DNA of 64,000 nt from a phage, in NCBI GenBank assembly GCA_018509705.1, contig GCA_018509705.1_3630.1; one strand, 5' to 3'. The notes below the pieces were generated by a model. The model was not told where the DNA came from and made no database searches. It was given only the letters and a program-made list of their open reading frames with translations. Below are positions 7,982 through 17,897 of the stretch, one piece after another. Numbering within the stretch: position 1 is the stretch's first letter; each line of letters opens with the position of its first letter. Position numbers and translations under genes: made by a program.

Positions 7982-8743
7982 ATGCGACGACTGATTGTTA
8001 TCTCCGGTGCTGGTTTGAGTGCTGAATCTGGTATTCCCACTTTCCGATCTGGTAGCACTGCAATGTGGGAGAATTTCAGCATCGATGAGGTGTGCAACAT
8101 CCACACCTTTGCCAAGAACTACTATAAGGTGCATGACTTTTACAATGCACGTCGTGTAGCTTTAGGCAGTGTTGAGCCTAACCTTGCACATCTTCGGATC
8201 GCTGAGTGGTATTCCCGCTGGTCTGGTCGTGTGATCAACCTTACCACCAATGTAGATGATTTGCTGGAGCGTGCTGGTGTAAAACATGAAGATATTTTAC
8301 ATGTCCACGGGTATTTGCCAGAAATAGTCTATGAGGACGATGAAGGAAGTGACGTCATTAAGGACATTGGATACTCTGAGGTAGACGCAGGAAAGTATAC
8401 CTGGGTTAAGCCTAATGTGGTGTTCTTCGGAGAAGTAGCTCCGAAGTATACAGACATGTATGACCTGTTGACTTCTCTTACGAGCAATGATATGGTTATC
8501 CTTGTAGGGTGCTCCAACACAGTTATCAATTTTAACTGGGAGCTATTCCCTGCCTGCAATAAGGGAACCAAACTACTGATCGTTAATAAATACGACTCAC
8601 AGCATCTAGAGGAGAATGGCATTTCACGTAGTGATATTTACCAGTATGAGGATCGCGGCATCCCAGTTTGGTTTAACGGTGCGGTTGATGCCTTCTCTGA
8701 TAAAACATTCATTGAGACTGTAGAAAACTTTATGGAACTTTAA
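7982..8743 (+). CDS. Sir2-family (sirtuin-like) NAD-dependent protein
   Basis: ISGAGLSAESGIPTFR matches sirtuin GAGISxxSGIPxFR; TTNVDDLLERAG and HG motifs follow. Confidence 0.7.
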   Translation: MRRLIVISGAGLSAESGIPTFRSGSTAMWENFSIDEVCNIHTFAKNYYKVHDFYNARRVALGSVEPNLAHLRIAEWYSRWSGRVINLTTNVDDLLERAGVKHEDILHVHGYLPEIVYEDDEGSDVIKDIGYSEVDAGKYTWVKPNVVFFGEVAPKYTDMYDLLTSLTSNDMVILVGCSNTVINFNWELFPACNKGTKLLIVNKYDSQHLEENGISRSDIYQYEDRGIPVWFNGAVDAFSDKTFIETVENFMEL

Positions 8744-8756
8744 AAGGAGACCTTTA

Positions 8757-9470
8757 ATGCTGAATACTAAATTAATTGACAACCTGGAAAAACTATCCCA
8801 ACCTGAAAACTACCTTTGGTCTGCCAACTGGGTGGAAAACTGGAACCGTGTGGCAGCTAAAGTGAAAAAATCATACACACCATTCGAATTACAGCTTAGC
8901 TTCATTGAGGAAGAGTTCAATGAAGTTTTGGAAGAGCTGGAGAAAGGTGATGGTGGAGATCACCTGCTAAAAGAGGCCTGCGATCTTCACGTTGTCACAA
9001 GTTATGCAGCTTATCTTGTTAATGACAATCACGAAAAGTGGTCAAACCTGTTTGATAATCCACGAGGTCTTAAGTTCAAGATCGGTGAGTTCTATGACAC
9101 ACTGATCGCTGCGAAAAACACATCCAAGCAAAGAGCGTCAGCTTACCGTTTAGCGGAGTTGTCAACAGCTTTGCTGTTCCAGCTTCGCGGCGATGTGTGC
9201 GGGATGATGCGTAAGGTTCTCAAATCGAATGACAGCAAGTTTGCACGGGTCAACCATCTACGGTATTCACACGGTGCCAGTGCAGATATGCCTGCTGAAC
9301 AACTCATCGAGTTGGAGATTAAAGATCTTGAGCGACGCTTTGATGGTCGATATGAAGGTTTTGTTGCTAAGGAAGAATTCTACAACGGTAATAAAGTTAT
9401 CATATTCCTCGACAGTAAAGGTAAGATTATGAAGCCTTCAAGCTTCAAGGATGTAACAGAATATATTTAA
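8757..9470 (+). CDS. hypothetical protein, possible MazG/HisE-like all-alpha NTP pyrophosphatase
   Basis: FIEEEFNEVLEELEK ... EACDL resembles EExxE...D motif; weak. Confidence 0.3.
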   Translation: MLNTKLIDNLEKLSQPENYLWSANWVENWNRVAAKVKKSYTPFELQLSFIEEEFNEVLEELEKGDGGDHLLKEACDLHVVTSYAAYLVNDNHEKWSNLFDNPRGLKFKIGEFYDTLIAAKNTSKQRASAYRLAELSTALLFQLRGDVCGMMRKVLKSNDSKFARVNHLRYSHGASADMPAEQLIELEIKDLERRFDGRYEGFVAKEEFYNGNKVIIFLDSKGKIMKPSSFKDVTEYI

Positions 9471-9476
9471 TAATAT

Positions 9477-9500
9477 AGCCGGGGCGATCCCGGCTTTACT
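9477..9500 (+). terminator. Rho-independent terminator
   Basis: Hairpin AGCCGGG-GCGAT-CCCGGCT followed by T-rich stretch. Confidence 0.5.
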
Positions 9501-9534
9501 TGTTTCGGAAAGTATGCAAGTGAGGTAGAAAGTT

Positions 9535-9843
9535 ATGTACAAGCACTCCAGAGATCTTGAAAACGATGCTGTGTTTGGGGATCAGATGAAAGAATTGGTT
9601 AAACTTATAGGTAGGATAGAGGATAAGTTTGACACTAAGATCTACATCGACAGCAAAGTATTCAACCACAAAATATGGACAAATCTGTGTGTTGGACTAC
9701 ATGGAGATAAAGATGTGGTAAATTTAGTTGTAATTAAGTTCATAGTGTGGCAGAATAAAACTATAAATTATTACGATCCACACCTGCTTGTTTACCCGAT
9801 AAAAGACCTATTAGAGAAGGAGGACTGCAATGCCGTTATTTAA
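9535..9843 (+). CDS. hypothetical protein
   Basis: ORF track with AGGTAGAAAG upstream. Confidence 0.4.
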   Translation: MYKHSRDLENDAVFGDQMKELVKLIGRIEDKFDTKIYIDSKVFNHKIWTNLCVGLHGDKDVVNLVVIKFIVWQNKTINYYDPHLLVYPIKDLLEKEDCNAVI

Positions 9844-10099
9844 TCTTGCTAAACCTGTAGAAGCACACCAGTTTGACGGAAGCTCTTCATCAGTATCTGA
9901 TCTGCAACGGTGGATTGATACAGGTGTGTTTACATCGTCACCTGTTCGGACCAGAGATCTTCGTCGTATGTGTGAGCTTGTAGAGCCGTTTGGTAACCTA
10001 GTCTTGTACCAGGGTGATTGGCTTGTTGATTTTATGGGTGACTGGTTGGTAATGAGTAAAGAAGAGATGTTTAAAATTTTTAAGGAAGAGGTAGAGTAA
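9830..10099 (+). CDS. hypothetical protein
   Basis: ORF track; overlaps neighbours by a few nt (operon-like). Confidence 0.4.
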   Translation: MPLFNLAKPVEAHQFDGSSSSVSDLQRWIDTGVFTSSPVRTRDLRRMCELVEPFGNLVLYQGDWLVDFMGDWLVMSKEEMFKIFKEEVE

Positions 10100-11364
10100 T
10101 GCATCAATTCAAAACAACACTTTATGCTCGCAATAAAGACGGGTCCATCCAGATGTGGAAAGTAGATACAAGCGGCAACGAGGTTATTGTTGTGTTCGGC
10201 AGGGTTGGTGGCGCTGTACAATCAAAAACCACAAAATGTGAAGCCAAAAACATCGGGCGATCCAACGAAACTACAGCAGAAGAACAAGCTGTTTTAGAGG
10301 CGCAGTCTAAATGGGAAAAGCAAGTCCGGCTGGGTTACAAAGAAAATGTCGAAGACCTTGAGGCCATTGACATTTCACCTATGCTGGCGCAAGATGCTTC
10401 GAAAAAACCACACGCTATTGTGTATCCATGCCACCTGCAACACAAACTTGACGGGAACCGTTGCTTTGTCAAATTCGTAGACGGTGTACCTAAATTCATC
10501 TCTCGCGGTAACAAAGTGTATGAGCCGAAAGGTAACATCCTCCGTGAGCTACAAGACCTGCATGAAGAAACAGGCTTTGATGAATTTGATGGGGAGTTCT
10601 ACATTCACGGTTTACCGTTGCAGAAAATAACCTCCCTCGTTAAGAAATGGCGTAGTCTGGAAGACATTGAGAAAGAAATTGATAAGGATTTCATGGCAGA
10701 CATAAAACGCCGTGAGAAAGCGATCAAGGCCGGAGAGGAGACATGGAAAGACTTCAACAAGGTTGATCATCCGGTTTATGAAGAACCTGTCCGTGATTCT
10801 GATCGGTATGGAGGTTACTGCTCTTATGACCTGAAACTGATGGTGTTCGATGTTCCTGATTGCATCCATCGCTGGGAAGATCGGGCCACAAATCTTCAGG
10901 AAGTTATTGATTATTGTGAAGTTAACCATCTCACAAACGTCGAGGGTGTTCCTTTCAAGATCGCCTACAACGAGGAAGAGGTTCGCAACTCCATCGGACA
11001 GTACATGCAGGAAGGTTATGAAGGATCTATTATTCGTAACTTCTGTGGCACCTACGAATACGGTCAACGCTCTACTGATCTGCTCAAGTGGAAACTGTTC
11101 ACCGATGTTGAAGCAAAAGTGATCGGTGTTGAAAAAGATAAAAACGGGGAAGGTGTTCTTATCTGCGAAGAGAAAGATGGGACACAATGCAAATGCAAAA
11201 TGAAAGGCACTTTTGCCGTAAGGAACTACGAAAAATGCTGCTCATATGTTGGCAAATTTATCACGATAAAATTCCAACAGCGTACGGTGGACGGTGTGCC
11301 TCAATTCCCTGTGGGTATCGCATTCCGCAATCTTAATCCAGAAACTTGGGAGGTGCTGGAATAA
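10099..11364 (+). CDS. ATP-dependent DNA ligase
   Basis: Motif I KLDGNR, EGSIIRN (motif IV-like), C-terminal OB-like VPQFPVGIAFR. Confidence 0.7.
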   Translation: MHQFKTTLYARNKDGSIQMWKVDTSGNEVIVVFGRVGGAVQSKTTKCEAKNIGRSNETTAEEQAVLEAQSKWEKQVRLGYKENVEDLEAIDISPMLAQDASKKPHAIVYPCHLQHKLDGNRCFVKFVDGVPKFISRGNKVYEPKGNILRELQDLHEETGFDEFDGEFYIHGLPLQKITSLVKKWRSLEDIEKEIDKDFMADIKRREKAIKAGEETWKDFNKVDHPVYEEPVRDSDRYGGYCSYDLKLMVFDVPDCIHRWEDRATNLQEVIDYCEVNHLTNVEGVPFKIAYNEEEVRNSIGQYMQEGYEGSIIRNFCGTYEYGQRSTDLLKWKLFTDVEAKVIGVEKDKNGEGVLICEEKDGTQCKCKMKGTFAVRNYEKCCSYVGKFITIKFQQRTVDGVPQFPVGIAFRNLNPETWEVLE

Positions 11365-11487
11365 TGTAGGAAGGTCTAGTAGGTAACGGTAACCAATTGA
11401 ATGATGGTTTTCAATTGGCACCTACATAACCACACTATGCAGTGTTGTTGATCGGGTTAGTTATGAGTAAACTGGAGAGTATGAAAA

Positions 11488-11976
11488 ATGAAACTTGATA
11501 AAAATGTTCAACGAAAAGCTTTCTTGGATATGATCGCATATTCGGAAGGAACAGATAATGGTAGACAACCTACCAAGGATCGGGGGTACGATGTCATAGT
11601 CGGCGGCAAGCTGTTCAGCGATTACAGCAAGCATCCCGGTGTTTACGTTAAGCTAAATGCTAAACTTACCTCCTCCGCTGCTGGGCGTTACCAGGTTTTG
11701 GAGAAGTTTGCTAAACACTACATGAAACAGTTAGGATTACCAGATTTTGGCCCTGCCAGTCAGGACAAGATTGCGTTGCAACTGATCCGTGAGTGCAAGG
11801 CTCTCGCCGACATTGATGAAGGGCGTATTCATCAGGCCATTTATAAATGCCGCAGCCGCTGGGCAAGCTTCCCACCACCGCCAGGGGCTGGAAAGCTGTA
11901 CAATCAGCGAGCAGAAAGTATAGACAAGATGCTGGAGATCTTTAAGAGGGCAGGTGGAGTTGTTACAGATGAGTAA
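11488..11976 (+). CDS. endolysin, lambda R-like lytic transglycosylase/lysozyme
   Basis: RKAFLDMIAYSEGTDNGRQ and GAGRYQ motifs typical of this lysozyme family. Confidence 0.8.
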   Translation: MKLDKNVQRKAFLDMIAYSEGTDNGRQPTKDRGYDVIVGGKLFSDYSKHPGVYVKLNAKLTSSAAGRYQVLEKFAKHYMKQLGLPDFGPASQDKIALQLIRECKALADIDEGRIHQAIYKCRSRWASFPPPPGAGKLYNQRAESIDKMLEIFKRAGGVVTDE

Positions 11977-12649
11977 CGGGATTGACTGGTGGAGTGTCTT
12001 TAGATACGATACAGGCACTGGAAGGTTGTTTTGGAAGTCCCCACCAAAAAACAAACCTCAACTAATGGGAAAGGAGGCTGGATGTACTAACAACGGGTAC
12101 AGGGATATAGTCTATCGTGGCGTGCATTACTACAGGCATAGATTGGTGTGGGAGATGCATTATGGACCAATCCCAGAAGGGTACGAAGTTGATCACATAA
12201 AGCCACTTTTCTATTCCGACGGTGTTGCGGATGATAGGGTAGAAAACCTACAACTGTTAACACCAGAAGAAAATGCAAAAAAGGCGGCAGATGACGGATG
12301 CCTGGCACGCAAGATACCTAAATCCAATACTGGACATTTGGGTGTATATTTTCATGCTAGATCTGGAAGGTATGCTGCTTTTGGTAAGGTAGGTCATTAC
12401 TATAAGAAAGACCTAGGAGAATACGATACCTTAGAAGAGGCCATTGCTGCTCAAAAGTCTTTTGAAAGTGGCACGTTTGTCAGGGAATATCGTGGACAGC
12501 CTTTAGGGAGGGATAAATCTAGAGGTGTCAGATTTGAAGCAGATAGGGGCAAATGGAAAGTAACTTTCAGAGGAAAAACGCTAGGCAGGTTTGACACCAA
12601 AGAGTCTGCTGAAGCGTGTTACGCAAAGGCTCTTACTGAAAGCTTGTAA
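11954..12649 (+). CDS. HNH homing endonuclease with AP2-like DNA-binding region
   Basis: YEVDHIKP ... ENLQLLTPEEN HNH motif; C-terminal basic repeats. Confidence 0.65.
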   Translation: MELLQMSNGIDWWSVFRYDTGTGRLFWKSPPKNKPQLMGKEAGCTNNGYRDIVYRGVHYYRHRLVWEMHYGPIPEGYEVDHIKPLFYSDGVADDRVENLQLLTPEENAKKAADDGCLARKIPKSNTGHLGVYFHARSGRYAAFGKVGHYYKKDLGEYDTLEEAIAAQKSFESGTFVREYRGQPLGRDKSRGVRFEADRGKWKVTFRGKTLGRFDTKESAEACYAKALTESL

Positions 12650-12657
12650 CAGTATCA

Positions 12658-12686
12658 TTGACATAACCACACGGACGTGGTATTGT
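12658..12686 (+). promoter_or_regulatory. sigma70-like promoter
   Basis: TTGACA-17nt-TATTGT upstream of gene 12718. Confidence 0.35.
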
Positions 12687-12717
12687 CACCTCATAAAATG
12701 TTTGAGAGGGTTTAACC

Positions 12718-12924
12718 ATGAAAGATTTTCTGTTGGCAATTTTGTTCATGGCGGCATGTCTGGCCTGTGGTGTAGTGTTTGCAGGTGAAACAGCGTATCT
12801 TGTCGATGTATATCGGGACAATGGTAAACGTATTTGCCTTTATGAGACAAGCCAAGGTGAGCTCTACGAACTTGTGAAACAAGGAGAGGCAGGTTCCTGC
12901 CCTCGTACCCATTTCTTTGAATGA
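12718..12924 (+). CDS. small secreted protein
   Basis: N-terminal signal-peptide-like LLAILFMAACLACG. Confidence 0.4.
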   Translation: MKDFLLAILFMAACLACGVVFAGETAYLVDVYRDNGKRICLYETSQGELYELVKQGEAGSCPRTHFFE

Positions 12925-12933
12925 GGAGGATAC

Positions 12934-13398
12934 GTGGAAGACGGACGTTTAATGAAGTCTGAACGCAGGCTTATTGTGCAACTGATCCCAGAAACAGCTT
13001 GGTATAATAACCTCCGAAACGCTGTAAAGAAGAGTGAGTGGGATAAGATCCGCAAGAAGTGCTATAGAGAAGCCAACTACACCTGTGAGGTGTGCGGCGG
13101 TAAAGGCAGCAAACACCCAGTGGAGTGTCATGAACTTTACACTTTCGAAGAGGGAGTGATCCGGCTTGTCGGACTGATAGCGTTGTGCCCAGATTGTCAC
13201 ACATCGGTGCATCCTGGGTTAGCAAATATTCGTGGAAAGTATGCTCAGGCAGTTAATCAGTTGGCTAAGGTGAATAAGATCACCAGAGGTATGGCAGAGG
13301 CGTATTACCGAGACTGCTTTGCAGAGTGGCGCGAGCTTAGTAAAGTTCCAGAATGGAAGACTGACTTTTCGTGGATAGAGGATTACCTTGATGGCTAA
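12934..13398 (+). CDS. Cys/His-rich putative His-Me-finger nuclease
   Basis: CEVCGG ... ECHELY ... CPDCH arrangement. Confidence 0.35.
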   Translation: MEDGRLMKSERRLIVQLIPETAWYNNLRNAVKKSEWDKIRKKCYREANYTCEVCGGKGSKHPVECHELYTFEEGVIRLVGLIALCPDCHTSVHPGLANIRGKYAQAVNQLAKVNKITRGMAEAYYRDCFAEWRELSKVPEWKTDFSWIEDYLDG

Positions 13399-13681
13399 GA
13401 GATCTGTAAAAGAGAAATTCGATAAGACAGCTTTTGTATTCGATACACCTCTGGACGATATCATCAGAGGTATGCAAGCCTTGTATCGGAAGGCTGAATC
13501 TGAGCAGTTGTCTGAATCAGAACTTTACTGGCTTGGTTGGTGGGAGTTAAACCTGCCTAGAGCTGAAAGTTCTTGTCTGAGAACTGTTAAAACGTGCGCC
13601 CAAGAAAACGCTGCACTTGGAATCTACCACAAAAGGAAAAGATCAACAAAAAGCTCTCCAAGAAAGACTAAAAAGTCTTGA
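13388..13681 (+). CDS. hypothetical protein, basic C-terminus
   Basis: ORF track. Confidence 0.35.
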   Translation: MMAKRSVKEKFDKTAFVFDTPLDDIIRGMQALYRKAESEQLSESELYWLGWWELNLPRAESSCLRTVKTCAQENAALGIYHKRKRSTKSSPRKTKKS

Positions 13682-13707
13682 CAAAAGTGTTATTAATCTG
13701 ATATTAT
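13678..13707 (+). promoter_or_regulatory. sigma70-like promoter
   Basis: TTGACA-18nt-TATTAT, followed by AGGAGAA RBS and ATG 13741. Confidence 0.5.
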
Positions 13708-13740
13708 CGGTCAGATATCTATAAACTAGGAGAACTAGAT

Positions 13741-14049
13741 ATGCTTAAAATTTTTATTGTTGAAGATAAAGATATTGTCCAGTTGTATGCAAACGAGAAT
13801 CATAAAGGTATGATTCTGAAGAAGGCAAGCAACCTTCATGAAAACACAATTCAACCTGGCGATGTAATTAAGATCTGTGGTTATATGATACCAGACTCCT
13901 TGATGAAAATAACCCACCACTGGGGGTCTAATCCGTTCCTTTTTGAAAAGTATTGGGATGTTGAGTCACTTATTGCAGAGAGTGATGATGCATTCCATTA
14001 CAGCATCCAACCATCTTGCAGAATAACTAACAGGAGGGTCTTTGAGTAG
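13741..14049 (+). CDS. hypothetical protein
   Basis: ORF track, good RBS. Confidence 0.45.
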   Translation: MLKIFIVEDKDIVQLYANENHKGMILKKASNLHENTIQPGDVIKICGYMIPDSLMKITHHWGSNPFLFEKYWDVESLIAESDDAFHYSIQPSCRITNRRVFE

Positions 14050-15181
14050 AGAATATCCACTTATTGAGTCCATAGATTGTCTGGCTGATCTTCTTGAACC
14101 TGACGCTATAGTTTATTATGACTTCGATCAGGTTGCATATCAAGCTGCAGCAAGTTGTGAAAAAAGGACAATTGAGGTAACACACAAAGCCTCCGGACGT
14201 AAGAAGATGTTTAAAACACGAACAGAGTTCTGGGGGCGGCAGAAGAACACCGTTGGTGGTTGGTTAAAAGCTGAGAATACCAACCGTGAAGCTGCATGTA
14301 AAAAGGCTGGCAAGGAGTTTATTCCGTGGACACGAGAAGATTTCGATGTCTTGGATATCCAAACCCCTGATCCTGTAGAGAACTGCTTGCACACAATTAA
14401 GTGTAAAGCTAATGCAGTCCTTAATTATCTCGGTATTCCGGAAGATCGGTGCGTGGGGGTACTTGGAGGCACAGGTAATTTCAGACTAGATCTTCCCATG
14501 CCGGAAAGATATAAAGCCAACCGTAACAATACTCTTCGACCACTGCTGCTTGGAGATGCAAGACAGTATCTCCAAAAGCAGTATAATGCTCAAGTGATCA
14601 ACGGTATCGAGGCTGACGACTGGTTAGCTATCCAGCAATTTGAAGGTTGGAATCACTACCAAAAAACAGGTAAGTTCAACAAGTTTATTATCTCTATTGA
14701 TAAGGACCAAAGAACACTACCGGGGCTTGTGTTCGATCCCATGCGAAACGATAAGGGAGATTTTGTAAGAGAAACCCCTATGCTGATCGATAACGGTATG
14801 GGGAACATCTTCATGAAGCCTAATGGAGAGGTTGGTGGTTACGGAATGCTGTTCTTCGGATACCAAATGCTGTGTGGTGACTCTGCTGACAACATCAAGC
14901 CGTATCAGGGACTTATCGGTAAGGGTAAGTTCGGAGATGCCTCAGCATTCTACCTACTGTCTCAGTGCAGCACTCCAAAGGAGATGTGGATGGCTATTAT
15001 TGATCAGTACAAGAAGTGGTTCCCGAAAGGTGTTGTTAAGTATACTGACTTCAATGGTATTGATCGTAGAATTTCCGTAGGTCAATGGATGAGTATAATT
15101 TTTGACTGTTTGTATATGAAGCGAACATTCAATGATCAAACAAAACTTGTTAACGTTCTTAGAAATGTTGGAGCAATTTGA
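14042..15181 (+). CDS. flap endonuclease / 5'-3' exonuclease (FEN family)
   Basis: H3TH-like motif GDSADNIKPYQGLIGKG and acidic clusters typical of this fold. Confidence 0.65.
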   Translation: MSREYPLIESIDCLADLLEPDAIVYYDFDQVAYQAAASCEKRTIEVTHKASGRKKMFKTRTEFWGRQKNTVGGWLKAENTNREAACKKAGKEFIPWTREDFDVLDIQTPDPVENCLHTIKCKANAVLNYLGIPEDRCVGVLGGTGNFRLDLPMPERYKANRNNTLRPLLLGDARQYLQKQYNAQVINGIEADDWLAIQQFEGWNHYQKTGKFNKFIISIDKDQRTLPGLVFDPMRNDKGDFVRETPMLIDNGMGNIFMKPNGEVGGYGMLFFGYQMLCGDSADNIKPYQGLIGKGKFGDASAFYLLSQCSTPKEMWMAIIDQYKKWFPKGVVKYTDFNGIDRRISVGQWMSIIFDCLYMKRTFNDQTKLVNVLRNVGAI

Positions 15182-15513
15182 TGACTAAAAATTCTGTAGA
15201 TAACGCAATTATGGAAGCTGTTTTTGAGGATGATCACACAACAGGGACACTTAAAACAAAAAATACATTCGTTGTTGCCACAGGTATGTGGCGGTTGTAT
15301 GAAGATGACACCATTTCATACATCCTGTACACGGATGATTACGCAGATGACCGTGTATGGTCTGCTGTTTTAAAAGAGGATTGTGAGCTGATTGAGGGCG
15401 AGCGGTTATGCATGTTCACCAGTGTGGAAACAGATGTTAAGCTTTGCTCTCTCGTATTGTTCAAAGATAAGGCTTATGCTCCTGATGAAGGAGAGGAGGA
15501 TGAGGAAGCATGA
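15178..15513 (+). CDS. hypothetical acidic protein
   Basis: ORF track; start overlaps previous stop. Confidence 0.4.
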   Translation: MMTKNSVDNAIMEAVFEDDHTTGTLKTKNTFVVATGMWRLYEDDTISYILYTDDYADDRVWSAVLKEDCELIEGERLCMFTSVETDVKLCSLVLFKDKAYAPDEGEEDEEA

Positions 15514-16139
15514 GAGAGCGTCTATTATCCATAGACCAGTCGTTGACACACACAGCTTGCGTTGTATGGGACGATGGAAAGCCTGTTCATAAGGTTGTGT
15601 TACGAACTCAAAGCTCATCTGCAAAAGAGAAGAAACCAGGGACGGTTTCTTTTGCAACAGCTGCTGAGCGTATTGACTGGATCTGCAAACAGGTCAGATA
15701 TTATATCCACACGCACGGCGTTGACACCGTAGTTATGGAAGGGCTTTCCTTTGGATCACGCGGGGATGCCACACGTGAACTGGCTGGGTTGTTTTACGGT
15801 CTTGAAGTTATGCTTTGGGATGCCTTAGCTGATTGTGAAAATGACGGCCTGTTTAAGGTCCACACAGTGACACCAACAACTGCCAAAAAGTTTGCTCGTA
15901 GTCATCTTCCTGAGGAACTTGCTTTCGAGGAGAAGAAAAAGCTTGACAAAAAGACAGGTAAAGAGCATACTGTGAAGAAACCTGTTACGATGGATAAAAA
16001 GTTGATGGTTAAGGCCTGCGAAGTATCTGAACCTGGGTTCCTAGATGGGGTCAATTTGGTACAAGGTAAGGCCGATCTCGCAGATGCTTATTGGATAGGC
16101 AGGGCGCATCTGGAGGGATTATCGCAAAGCGTAAAATAA
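15510..16139 (+). CDS. RuvC-like Holliday junction resolvase (RNase H fold)
   Basis: N-terminal LSIDQSLTHTACVVWD resembles RuvC motif I; acidic residues downstream. Confidence 0.45.
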   Translation: MRERLLSIDQSLTHTACVVWDDGKPVHKVVLRTQSSSAKEKKPGTVSFATAAERIDWICKQVRYYIHTHGVDTVVMEGLSFGSRGDATRELAGLFYGLEVMLWDALADCENDGLFKVHTVTPTTAKKFARSHLPEELAFEEKKKLDKKTGKEHTVKKPVTMDKKLMVKACEVSEPGFLDGVNLVQGKADLADAYWIGRAHLEGLSQSVK

Positions 16140-16696
16140 GAAAGAAAGCTGTCAAAGCCCCCGTTCATAACGGGTGGTTAAAAGATTCTAAGGACATAGC
16201 CAACTTTCGAAAAGAATTGTCAGAGGAGCAGGATGGTCTTGATCCGATCTTGTGCGAGCCACTTCGTAAGCCTTGTTTGGATCATGACCATCTGACTGGT
16301 CGTTGCAGGGGTGTTTTGTCACAATGCACTAATACCTTTGAGGGGTATGTGCTTAAATACTGGATGAAATACTGTAACGAGTATACAGATTGCAGTTTAT
16401 CAGAGGCGTTGCGCCGGATGGCTGACTATTTGGAGAAAGACTACAGCGACTTCCCGCTCCACAAAAACTACAGAGATGATATGACAAAGTTCTTGAGGAG
16501 ATGCTCTAAAGCTACGATCATTGCACGAGCAGAATCAGATCTCAATATTGTCATTAATCCAGAGTGCACCAAGCATGAGGCTATTGAGTTCTACATGCAA
16601 GAGTTTATAAAGAAAACTGAGGAGAGAGATTTCTATGGGGATGAAAAAGGTATTCAATCCTTGCGACTCAGTCCTGATCAGGATGAAATACCGTAA
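16091..16696 (+). CDS. endonuclease VII-like protein
   Basis: CLDHDHLTGRCRGVLSQCTN matches the endo VII zinc motif; true start uncertain (overlaps upstream gene). Confidence 0.55.
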   Translation: MDRQGASGGIIAKRKIRKKAVKAPVHNGWLKDSKDIANFRKELSEEQDGLDPILCEPLRKPCLDHDHLTGRCRGVLSQCTNTFEGYVLKYWMKYCNEYTDCSLSEALRRMADYLEKDYSDFPLHKNYRDDMTKFLRRCSKATIIARAESDLNIVINPECTKHEAIEFYMQEFIKKTEERDFYGDEKGIQSLRLSPDQDEIP

Positions 16697-16856
16697 CTGG
16701 AAAGGTGTTGTTGCAGATCGCTGCGTTACTGAGCCTAATTTATGGTTTGGCTCTACAGAGTATCATAAAGAAGAGCAGTGGTTGATGCGTGCCTTCGATG
16801 TAGACAAGGGCGAATATCGTGACTTCGCTTTAAAAGACATTCTTCAGTTTTACTAA
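16635..16856 (+). CDS. hypothetical protein
   Basis: ORF track. Confidence 0.35.
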   Translation: MGMKKVFNPCDSVLIRMKYRNWKGVVADRCVTEPNLWFGSTEYHKEEQWLMRAFDVDKGEYRDFALKDILQFY

Positions 16857-16868
16857 GGAATCTTAACG

Positions 16869-17852
16869 ATGATGACAAAGTTAACTCTTGAGCAAATTTT
16901 AACACTAAAGCAACAGGGATACACTAATAGACAAATTGCTCGTGAATTTTTAGGCCGTGAGTCACGTGAGAGCTGGATCCGACTACAGCTTAAACGTGCA
17001 CAAGAGAATATGTCAGAGATTGTAGGAGAAGCAACGGAGCGCTTCCTTGAAGAGCACAAAGGTGCTAAAGTTTGGGTGTATGATACAGAAACATCCCCAA
17101 CAAACGGCTGGTTCTTTGGGCACTATAAGACCAACATTCAAACCTGTGGTATTGAAGTTATGCCCTATATGCTAACTTTCGCAGGTAAGTGGTTAGACAG
17201 CCCTAGTGTGGTTGACTGCGCTCTTCCCGATTACAAAATGTGGGATGAGGATATTCACAATGATCTCGAATTGATTCAGGATTTGTGGTATTATCTGGAT
17301 AAATGTGATGTCGCAGTAGCCCACAATTCAGGTTTTGACTGTGGGTGGGCCAACCAACGATTTGCATTTCACGGGTTGCCTCCAACAAGCCCCTACAAAG
17401 AGGTTGACACCCTTAAAATGATCAAGAAGGCATTCCGTTTGAATGCAAACACTTTGGAGTATGCATGCAAATACTTCCAACTTGCCCGACAGAAACTAAT
17501 TGACCACACATTTGAAATGTGGATCAAGTGTGTTCACGGTGATCTTGAGGCGTTTAAACAGATGCGGGAGTACAATGTTGGTGATATCCTATCTCTGGAA
17601 GGCCTGTATTTGCTGGCTCGACCGTTTGCTAAGCAGCACCCCAACATGTCATTGTACTACCAGGACGAGGAGCCAAAAGTTCGTTGCCCACGCTGTGGTG
17701 GAGAACACCTTCACGAGGAAGAAGCTTTGGCGTATACTCAATTGAGTGCATTTAAAACATACCGCTGCGAAGGTTGTGGATCTGTTGTTCGTGATCGTAA
17801 CAACATCCGTACCAGAGAAGAAATGAAAAACACCCTGATTCAGATAATCTAA
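16869..17852 (+). CDS. DnaQ-like 3'-5' exonuclease with C-terminal zinc ribbon
   Basis: Exo I VYDTETS, exo II HNSGFD, C-terminal CPRCGG ... CEGCG. Confidence 0.5.
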   Translation: MMTKLTLEQILTLKQQGYTNRQIAREFLGRESRESWIRLQLKRAQENMSEIVGEATERFLEEHKGAKVWVYDTETSPTNGWFFGHYKTNIQTCGIEVMPYMLTFAGKWLDSPSVVDCALPDYKMWDEDIHNDLELIQDLWYYLDKCDVAVAHNSGFDCGWANQRFAFHGLPPTSPYKEVDTLKMIKKAFRLNANTLEYACKYFQLARQKLIDHTFEMWIKCVHGDLEAFKQMREYNVGDILSLEGLYLLARPFAKQHPNMSLYYQDEEPKVRCPRCGGEHLHEEEALAYTQLSAFKTYRCEGCGSVVRDRNNIRTREEMKNTLIQII

Positions 17853-17860
17853 CAATTATA

Positions 17861-17888
17861 GGGAGGCTTGCGCCTCCCTTTTCCTTTT
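17861..17888 (+). terminator. Rho-independent terminator
   Basis: GGGAGGCTTGCGCCTCCC hairpin plus T-run. Confidence 0.6.
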
Positions 17889-17897
17889 GGAGGCACT

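Noticed and set aside
10612-11187. 191-aa minus-strand ORF
   Set aside because: Entirely inside the DNA ligase gene on the opposite strand; no start context.
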